Of a stretch of DNA of 36,061 nt, positions 1-6,182 are shown one piece after another (position 1 is the first letter of the stretch; each line of letters starts with the position of its first letter). The translations under genes and the position numbers were made by a program. The notes beneath the pieces are model-generated. The model saw only the letters and a list, made by a program, of their open reading frames with translations, was not told where the DNA came from and ran no database searches. The stretch comes from a virus (Duplodnaviria; Heunggongvirae; Uroviricota; Caudoviricetes): positions 1-36,061 of IMG/VR virus record IMGVR_UViG_2778261222_000004; one strand, 5' to 3'.

Positions 1-1023
1 TTATGTGGATGAAATGTGGATGCCTCCTTTTAACGGATTAAGTGAAATTGCATCCTGGAGGAAATCAGGAGCGAGGTGCGCATAGGTCATAGTTTGCTGG
101 ATCGTGGCGTGCCCCATAATTCGCTGGAGCGTAAGTATATTTCCTCCATTAATCATAAAGTGAGCAGCAAAGGTATGGCGTAGAACATGTACAGCCTGTC
201 CTTTTGGTAGGTCTGGCTTAACACTGCGAAGCACCTTGCGATATTCCTCATAATTGACGTCAAACAAAAGGCCGGATTTCTTTGTTTTGATCTCACTAAC
301 AACTTCATCAGAGACAGGAATAATTCGAACTTTTCCGTTTTTAGTTTTGTTAAACGTCACGCGATTATTGATGATGTGTTCCGCGCGCAGATTTTTCGCT
401 TCTCCCCATCTCGCCCCAGTACTGAGACAAAGTAGCGTAATCCGCCGGGCATCACCGCTTACTGCATCCAGTAATTTGGCGATTTCTTCCATGGTGAGAT
501 ACGTCATTTCGGGTGATTTTCGTTTCAAAGAGGGGAGGGCGCGGAGCGGATTTTCTCCGTGAAATTCCCCGGCATTTGCCAGGAGTGTAAACATTCCTCC
601 GAGATCCGACTCATCACGCCGAACAGTAGACTCTTTTACTCCCAAGGATAAACGGGAGCTTCGATAAGCGGCCATGAAACGAGCATTAATCTGGCTAACC
701 CTTGGATCATTCATTTCTTTGATGATTTTTTTCAACCTGGTTAGAACGCCGTTAGCATATGGCTTATTGCGTCCACCCAATTCCCACCATAACGGAAGCA
801 GATCTGAGAGATGACGTTGCTCTGTTGGCTTTTCAAGCCATTCCTTATCGTGCATGTGGCTGAGAACATAACGCTCAAAGGCCACTGCATCTGCCTTTTT
901 CTTAAAAATCCGCTGAATCCGACGTCCACTTCGGCCACGCGGTCTAACATCCACTTTATACCGTCCACCATCGAGCGCTTTAATTGCCATTGGCAAGCCC
1001 TCCGGTGAAACGAGGAAAGACAT
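1..1023 (-). CDS. int: tyrosine site-specific recombinase (phage integrase, P2 Int-like)
   Basis: 340-aa ORF with ATG at 1023..1021; C-terminal catalytic region (HVLRHTFAAHFMINGG ... GHATIQQTMTYAHL) typical of tyrosine recombinases; lies immediately downstream of the C-type repressor as in P2; its stop codon is nt 1-3 of the window. Confidence 0.9.
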   Translation of the reverse strand: MSFLVSPEGLPMAIKALDGGRYKVDVRPRGRSGRRIQRIFKKKADAVAFERYVLSHMHDKEWLEKPTEQRHLSDLLPLWWELGGRNKPYANGVLTRLKKIIKEMNDPRVSQINARFMAAYRSSRLSLGVKESTVRRDESDLGGMFTLLANAGEFHGENPLRALPSLKRKSPEMTYLTMEEIAKLLDAVSGDARRITLLCLSTGARWGEAKNLRAEHIINNRVTFNKTKNGKVRIIPVSDEVVSEIKTKKSGLLFDVNYEEYRKVLRSVKPDLPKGQAVHVLRHTFAAHFMINGGNILTLQRIMGHATIQQTMTYAHLAPDFLQDAISLNPLKGGIHISST

Positions 1024-1056
1024 TTCCAGTTTGTAAAACGTAAGAATAATAAAGGG

Positions 1057-1359
1057 TTAGCCAATTTTCCTTTCGGATGGGGGTAAGTCCGTTGGCTCTT
1101 GCCCATAGTGTGCGAGAGCCGGAGCTATCTGCCCGGATTCAGGCGCAATTTTCCCAGTCATAAACCACAACGCATATTTCTCAAATCTGGGGTTGTTTAG
1201 TATTTGCTCAATTACTTCAGCATTAGGGATAGTTTTACCGCTTTCATATCTCCACAGAGCATCACGGTTTAAACCAAGCATTTTTGCTGTATCCGGGAGG
1301 CTAGTAAGTCTCTCGCTTTCACGCATGATTTTTATGCGCTCTCCAATAGTCATACGCAT
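1057..1359 (-). CDS. immunity repressor, P2 C-like (HTH)
   Basis: Small HTH protein divergent from the cox-like gene; C-terminal block FMTGKIAPESGQIAPALAHYGQ recalls the P2 C repressor; the ORF track starts at a TTG (1374) but the ATG at 1359 is preceded by GGAGA at about 8 nt, so that start is preferred. Confidence 0.8.
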   Translation of the reverse strand: MRMTIGERIKIMRESERLTSLPDTAKMLGLNRDALWRYESGKTIPNAEVIEQILNNPRFEKYALWFMTGKIAPESGQIAPALAHYGQEPTDLPPSERKIG

Positions 1360-1454
1360 GTTGCAATTCTCCAACGTCTGTATTAATGTTTATACAAATG
1401 AGTTTGATTTGGGGCATCCGTCGCAAGAAATACCCCAAACAGGGAGATTATCAC
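1360..1454. promoter_or_regulatory. divergent immunity-switch promoter/operator region between repressor and cox-like gene
   Basis: About 95 bp AT-rich spacer between two divergently oriented regulator genes; position equivalent to Pc/Pe of P2; individual operators not resolved. Confidence 0.4.
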
Positions 1455-1781
1455 ATGAATGAAGAACTATTGAGGGCATTGTTTAAGATCCCAGACCCCA
1501 TCACCGTCGATGAGTTTTCCCGCCGTACAGGTAAGACCGAATCAGCCGTAAGAAAGTTGGTAGAGCGTCGACTCATCCCTCTAACTACTGAGCGCGAGGT
1601 TTTAGGCGAGGAAGGGAGTTCGCGCCGTCTTCTCATCCTTTGGAATGAGTGGCTCGAAATGGTCTATGACGCAACGAAACAGCTTCCTCCTGAGCGTAAA
1701 GATTGGCGCAATCACTGGCTTAAGAAAGCCAAGAAGCTGGCGGAAGATTTGGGATTAGGCTTTCTTAATTTTGCTGCATGA
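1455..1781 (+). CDS. cox: Cox/Apl-like excisionase and transcriptional regulator
   Basis: ATG 1455 preceded by AGGGAG (1441-1446); HTH-like segment ITVDEFSRRTGKTESAVRKLVERRLIP; divergent from repressor as P2 cox; the ORF-track start at 1386 is probably an upstream extension. Confidence 0.7.
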   Translation: MNEELLRALFKIPDPITVDEFSRRTGKTESAVRKLVERRLIPLTTEREVLGEEGSSRRLLILWNEWLEMVYDATKQLPPERKDWRNHWLKKAKKLAEDLGLGFLNFAA

Positions 1782-1799
1782 GATGCAGGGAGTTTTGAT

Positions 1800-2141
1800 A
1801 TGAAACAGCAACGTAATTCACGCTTTCGTAATGGTGCTGAACGCCACGCTAACCGTTTCGCTACCAGTGCATCACGCAGCAACATCCGCTACAGCCTGAG
1901 TGATACACACGCAACGCCGGATGGCTACCCAGTAAAACAAATCGGCGAGCACGCTTGGCTGATTGAGAAAGCTGGAATCGTGATCCACAAATGCCCACGC
2001 AATCCGTTTACCGGAAACCGCATTTTTGCATTGAGCTGTGGCGACAATCAGTTTGGGCAGGATTTCACATTATACGAAGCACTTCGCACGGTTGATCGTC
2101 TGCTTCGCGGGCAAAGTTTTATTAAACAGGCTGATTTATAA
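1800..2141 (+). CDS. hypothetical early protein
   Basis: 113-aa ORF with RBS AGGGAG upstream, first gene after cox in the early operon; no recognisable motif. Confidence 0.5.
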   Translation: MKQQRNSRFRNGAERHANRFATSASRSNIRYSLSDTHATPDGYPVKQIGEHAWLIEKAGIVIHKCPRNPFTGNRIFALSCGDNQFGQDFTLYEALRTVDRLLRGQSFIKQADL

Positions 2142-2151
2142 CGGGTGCTTT

Positions 2152-2439
2152 ATGACCAAAGACCATGCACAAGGTGTATTTATCCGCTTTATTGATTTTC
2201 GCGGTGAACTGTTATTACGTGCATCCGCTATTGACGGAGTGACTCCGGCGGGTAAAAACGGAGCCGACGAAGCCACTTACGTTTATCTGAACGGCACGCG
2301 ACTGCTTGTGGAACTTCCGTACCAGACCGTACGAGAAATCATTAGCGAAGCTGAAAAGGCACGCCAAGTTAATGGCGATGAACCCTATATCGAAATTATT
2401 TGTATGGATTCAGAAGCTGAAATACAGAAAGCAGATTAA
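2152..2439 (+). CDS. hypothetical early protein
   Basis: In-frame ATG at 2152 just after the stop of the previous gene; the ORF-track start 2038 overlaps the upstream gene and is less likely. Confidence 0.45.
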   Translation: MTKDHAQGVFIRFIDFRGELLLRASAIDGVTPAGKNGADEATYVYLNGTRLLVELPYQTVREIISEAEKARQVNGDEPYIEIICMDSEAEIQKAD

Positions 2440-2447
2440 AGGGCGTT

Positions 2448-2693
2448 GTGATGGGCAAAGAATATAAAACTCTCATTAACAAAGCACTTGAGCGTTTTTA
2501 TTTTCGCTTAAGTGCATCAGGCGCTCATGCTGAACGTGCAGCCCGTGACTCATTGACCAGGGCAATCCGGAGTTTGTATGACGTCGCTTTTTACGCTGAT
2601 GATCTGGATGCACTTAACGAACTTTCCGAGCTGATCTGTGCCGCAGAATGCGGGGAACATATTGAACCGTATAAGCTGGGGAATATCGCATGA
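2448..2693 (+). CDS. hypothetical early protein
   Basis: 81-aa ORF, tightly packed in the early operon. Confidence 0.5.
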   Translation: MMGKEYKTLINKALERFYFRLSASGAHAERAARDSLTRAIRSLYDVAFYADDLDALNELSELICAAECGEHIEPYKLGNIA

Positions 2694-2803
2694 GTATATT
2701 TATCTCATGGCTTGTTCTGATTATTTCGGTGGCCTGCGCCATTGGAATTATGCGAATTATTCATTCAGTAAAAAAGATTGAACGTTTTTTCACTGGTGAA
2801 TAA
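2690..2803 (+). CDS. small hydrophobic peptide (37 aa, single predicted TM helix)
   Basis: ATG at 2690 overlaps the stop of the upstream gene (ATGA); translation MSIFISWLVLIISVACAIGIMRIIHSVKKIERFFTGE; not in the ORF track because it is under 60 aa. Confidence 0.3.
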   Translation: MSIFISWLVLIISVACAIGIMRIIHSVKKIERFFTGE

Positions 2804-2896
2804 CGATACAAATAAAACATCAAATTAAATAAGAAAACGTGAAAACCATCCGTATTAACGGAGGTATTCGCATACGCAAATAACGGAGATACAAAA

Positions 2897-3307
2897 ATGC
2901 ACGCAAAAGAAGAAGGTATCATCAGAGCACTGAAAGAAATTTCAAAGACAGAAAACGAAGTAGCGAAAAAAGCCATAGCAAATAATCATATGGACGTCGC
3001 AACCCACACACTGATAGTCGCAAGAGTCACGGCAGAAGCAGCCGAAATTATCGCAAAACAGGATGCTGAACTGGCGGTTCTCAGAACACAACCAGTCACC
3101 GGACTGGATTTGTCTAACACCGGACGCCTTATTTACACAATTGGCTCGGAGCTACAGCGATACACCATTATCGCCGGGTTACAGGATAAATACCTGATCA
3201 CTCCTCACCCCATAAGGGAATCAGAAATTCTGACAAATCTCCGCCTGATAGAGCGCTCTCAAGTCGCATTCATTGATGACGCACAGTGCACCGTATTTAA
3301 CGCATAG
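2897..3307 (+). CDS. hypothetical protein (possible moron with its own promoter)
   Basis: 136-aa ORF preceded by about 90 bp of AT-rich non-coding DNA and RBS GGAG; no recognisable motif. Confidence 0.5.
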   Translation: MHAKEEGIIRALKEISKTENEVAKKAIANNHMDVATHTLIVARVTAEAAEIIAKQDAELAVLRTQPVTGLDLSNTGRLIYTIGSELQRYTIIAGLQDKYLITPHPIRESEILTNLRLIERSQVAFIDDAQCTVFNA

Positions 3308-3330
3308 AGTTACTGGACAAAGGGGGCGCA

Positions 3331-3534
3331 ATGGCAATTAAGCATTTTCCCGTCGTTCGCTTTACCTCCAGAGGGCGCGAATACGAGGTCGACGAACGCC
3401 TGATTACCACTATCGACAAACATCGTTCGGAAAAGGATGCACACCACATCTACCTCACTGACGGCACTTACTTCTGCGCCACTAATGTGGCGCGGGTAAA
3501 CCTTATCCGACAGGTACAGGAGCCACGCAGATGA
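3331..3534 (+). CDS. hypothetical protein
   Basis: 67-aa ORF with RBS AAGGGGG; stop overlaps the next start (ATGA), suggesting translational coupling. Confidence 0.5.
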   Translation: MAIKHFPVVRFTSRGREYEVDERLITTIDKHRSEKDAHHIYLTDGTYFCATNVARVNLIRQVQEPRR

Positions 3535-3797
3535 CCATTCTGGACTACATCGCTACTCATCCGGGGTGTAGCGGCGGAGAGATCGCCGCAGCACTGAATA
3601 CTCCAACCACAGCCATTAATGCTGAGTTACGCCAACTTTGGCGCGGCGGCTTAGTCATCAGAACAAACCGCAGCACAGGTGGTCGCGCTCGCAAAACTGG
3701 AGGCCAGGCTTCTTACCACGTAAACCCGATGCCGTTCGGGTGTAGCAATCCACTTACTCACATGTTTAACCAGCTACTGAAGGAAGCCAGAACATGA
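3531..3797 (+). CDS. putative small winged-helix DNA-binding protein
   Basis: 88 aa; segment GCSGGEIAAALNTPTTAINAELRQLWRGGLVIR resembles a helix-turn-helix followed by a wing; assignment by eye only. Confidence 0.4.
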   Translation: MTILDYIATHPGCSGGEIAAALNTPTTAINAELRQLWRGGLVIRTNRSTGGRARKTGGQASYHVNPMPFGCSNPLTHMFNQLLKEART

Positions 3798-4093
3798 GCA
3801 CCATCAACCACCAGAAGCTACGCGAACTGGCATTTGCCCTGCAACGAATGGCAACACCTCAAAAATTACTGGCATTTCGCGCAATGCTCTCGCCGTCTGC
3901 TGTGCTGGCACTGCTGGATGAGCTGGAGCACGCCAGAACCATGTCTCCAGCCATTCGCCTGACGCTCCATCATGAAATCGCTGATTTCTGCGCACCACTG
4001 GGTTCGCCTGGTGAACCAGAAACGCCGGAAACAATGCAACGAGAGCTACTGCAACGCATCGACAAGGTTTTTGATTTTTTCCTTAACCAGTGA
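3794..4093 (+). CDS. Ead/Ea22-like early protein (tentative)
   Basis: 99 aa; motif SPSAVLALLDELEHAR resembles the conserved block of Ead/Ea22-like phage early proteins; start overlaps upstream stop. Confidence 0.4.
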   Translation: MSTINHQKLRELAFALQRMATPQKLLAFRAMLSPSAVLALLDELEHARTMSPAIRLTLHHEIADFCAPLGSPGEPETPETMQRELLQRIDKVFDFFLNQ

Positions 4094-4104
4094 AGGACCG
4101 CGAT

Positions 4105-4317
4105 ATGAACAAAAAGACCTGGTTTCGCGCATACATGTGGGCGCTGGTATGCGTCCTCGTTTCTCTCATTCTGTATGTGGGGCTACTTCCCAGAATGATT
4201 TCATCAGACAGCTCCTTCCTGGTATTGCTGGGCATTTTTGTCGCCTTGCTGTACCCGGCGGGCGTTGTTCGCTTTTTCAGTAACTACATCAAAGCAATTA
4301 TGGAAACCAAACAATGA
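4105..4317 (+). CDS. small membrane protein (two predicted TM helices)
   Basis: ATG 4105 with GAAGGA about 7 nt upstream; two hydrophobic stretches (WALVCVLVSLILYVGLL and FLVLLGIFVALLYPAGVV); stop overlaps the start of the SPFH gene. Confidence 0.5.
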   Translation: MNKKTWFRAYMWALVCVLVSLILYVGLLPRMISSDSSFLVLLGIFVALLYPAGVVRFFSNYIKAIMETKQ

Positions 4318-5138
4318 AAAAACTATTACCACTCATCCCTCTCCTGATGACCACACTTCTGGTTGGCTGTGACCGCGTGGAGCCGGGCAATGTAGGCATC
4401 AAAGTCAACAAACTGGGCGACGATAAAGGCGTCGGTGAAGTAGTTGGCGTTGGCCGCTACTGGACAGGCTGGAATACAGAGGTTTACATCTTCCCGACTT
4501 TCAAACAAATGAAGACTTACGATGAGCCGTTCAACTTCCAGATGAGTGACGGCACAACCATCGGCTATCACATCGGCGTGGCCTACAAAGTTGATCCATC
4601 CAAAGTTACCACTGTGTTTCAGACCTACCGCAAAGGCGTGGATGACATTACCGACACTGACCTGCGCCAGAAGATCGCCGATGCACTCAACCGACTGGCC
4701 AGCAAAATGACCACCGATAAGTTTATCGACGGTGGCAAGTCTGAACTGCTGGATTCAGCACTTAAAGACATTCAGTCAGAAATGACACCTATCGGCATTC
4801 AGGTCATGAGCCTCTCTTATGTCGGTAAACCGGAATATCCGCCAACCGTTATCGACAGCATTAACGCCAAAGTCACGGCAAACCAGAAAACCCTGCAACG
4901 CGAACAGGAAGTCAAGCAACGCGAAGCAGAAGCCAACATGTTGCGCGCAGAAGCTGCCGGACAGGCTGATGCCATTCGCACAAAAGCCCAGGCTGAAGCC
5001 GACGCCATTCGTTTACGCGGTGAAGCTCTGCGCCAGAATCCCGGCGTTATGGAGCTGGAAGCAATCAACAAATGGAACGGCACGCTGCCGCAATACATGA
5101 CCAGCAACACCGCTGTTCCGTTTGTTCCGGTGAAGTAA
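4314..5138 (+). CDS. SPFH/band-7 (stomatin/flotillin/HflC-like) lipoprotein
   Basis: N-terminal signal peptide with lipobox LLVGC; SPFH-like core; C-terminal Ala/Glu-rich coiled coil (QREAEANMLRAEAAGQADAIRTKAQAEADAIR) and WNGTLP terminal block typical of band-7 proteins. Confidence 0.75.
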   Translation: MKKLLPLIPLLMTTLLVGCDRVEPGNVGIKVNKLGDDKGVGEVVGVGRYWTGWNTEVYIFPTFKQMKTYDEPFNFQMSDGTTIGYHIGVAYKVDPSKVTTVFQTYRKGVDDITDTDLRQKIADALNRLASKMTTDKFIDGGKSELLDSALKDIQSEMTPIGIQVMSLSYVGKPEYPPTVIDSINAKVTANQKTLQREQEVKQREAEANMLRAEAAGQADAIRTKAQAEADAIRLRGEALRQNPGVMELEAINKWNGTLPQYMTSNTAVPFVPVK

Positions 5139-5144
5139 TTAAAC

Positions 5145-5190
5145 CCGGCCAGTGAAAATCGCTGGCCGGAGCAGTATCAGGATTTTTTTT
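5145..5190 (+). terminator. putative intrinsic terminator after the SPFH operon
   Basis: Perfect 8-bp stem CCGGCCAG / CTGGCCGG (5145-5152 / 5162-5169) with a 9-nt loop, followed at a distance by a T8 run (5183-5190). Confidence 0.4.
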
Positions 5191-5370
5191 AGTATGCCGT
5201 TCTCACAAAAAAACCGCTTGCCATGCCGCAATCAGTCAGGTTACATTTCCGCTGCACCTCATAAAACGGGTGCCGGGTTTCGCAGCCTGCTGACAACCAA
5301 AGCGCACAACCGCGCCAGCGGTTTTTTTGTGCGTACTGTATTGCCACGTCTTTTTCGCACACGAATTATG

Positions 5371-5444
5371 GCGGGGCGTACGGGGCCGACTTCGGTCGGG
5401 CCGGGTTCTTTGGTTGCCGGTACTGCGAACCCCGTACGTCTCGC
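5371..5444 (+). other. structured element: 15-bp long-range helix enclosing a UUCG-tetraloop hairpin (candidate ncRNA or RNA regulatory structure)
   Basis: 5371-5385 (GCGGGGCGTACGGGG) pairs with 5430-5444 (CCCCGTACGTCTCGC): 13 Watson-Crick plus 2 G-U pairs; inner hairpin CCGAC-TTCG-GTCGG at 5386-5399; sits in a 370-bp stretch with no convincing ORF. Confidence 0.35.
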
Positions 5445-5507
5445 CACCCACAGTTTCGCAGCTCTGGATGGTGAGTTTTCAAAACTTACAACCAAAGAGG
5501 CCACACC

Positions 5508-5738
5508 ATGGCAAACCGCAAACAGCACCGCGCTATCGCGGAGCGTCGTCACATCCAGACTGAAATCAACCGCAGACTTTCCCGCGCATTCCGCGTCGCT
5601 AAAATCATGCACATCAATATGCTGCATGAGCGTAGCTGCGAACTTTCAAACCTCTACTCATCCGCTGTTTTCAGTTATCTGGCGGATGATCTGCGCGAGC
5701 TTCAGCAGCTCATCCAGCAGCAAAACAAACTCCATTAA
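5508..5738 (+). CDS. hypothetical basic protein
   Basis: 76-aa ORF with RBS AGAGG upstream of ATG 5508; Arg/Lys-rich N-terminus; function unknown. Confidence 0.45.
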   Translation: MANRKQHRAIAERRHIQTEINRRLSRAFRVAKIMHINMLHERSCELSNLYSSAVFSYLADDLRELQQLIQQQNKLH

Positions 5739-5810
5739 TTCCTGTTCCGGGCCTTTCCTGCACCTTGCGGCGGGAGGCCTTCGCACATCTGTAACAAGAG
5801 GATTGCCGCA

Positions 5811-6176
5811 ATGATTCTCGCCAACGACTTTCTTGAATACCTGCTCAACACAGAGCGTGATCTTGCCGCTCGCGTGCGTGATCGTTATGACATGTACCTG
5901 AAATCCCTGCCTGTACCGCAGCTCGCTGACGGAAAGATTGTTATTGATGGTCGCTACATGATTGACAGCCACGAGGGAAATTACAGGCTTTCCCGCATTG
6001 AAGGTGGCACCCCGTCCGTTATTGGCATTTACCAGCGCCCATCCTCTGCAATCGTCGATGTGATTGCCGACAGCATCCGCATCACACATCGCCATGCCGA
6101 CACAGAAGACACCGTGCTGGAAATTCAGCGGCTGGCTACAGTCTGCCGCGACACCCTGAATGGCATGACGAAGTAA
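5811..6176 (+). CDS. hypothetical protein immediately upstream of the replication gene
   Basis: 121-aa ORF with RBS AAGAGGA; same strand and tight spacing with the A-type gene. Confidence 0.5.
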   Translation: MILANDFLEYLLNTERDLAARVRDRYDMYLKSLPVPQLADGKIVIDGRYMIDSHEGNYRLSRIEGGTPSVIGIYQRPSSAIVDVIADSIRITHRHADTEDTVLEIQRLATVCRDTLNGMTK

Positions 6177-6182
6177 ATCACT

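Noticed and set aside
5371-5444. Possible tRNA or tRNA-like attachment target in the structured element
   Set aside because: There is a long closing helix and a UUCG hairpin but no D-arm/anticodon-arm/T-arm cloverleaf and no GTTCRANYC T-loop consensus; the acceptor-like helix is 15 bp rather than 7
5152-5814. 220-aa plus-strand ORF (and overlapping minus ORFs 5236-5451, 5259-5627) spanning the non-coding gap
   Set aside because: Translations are Ser/Arg/Ala-rich and low-complexity, lack an RBS, overlap one another and overlap predicted hairpins; more consistent with non-coding structured DNA/RNA
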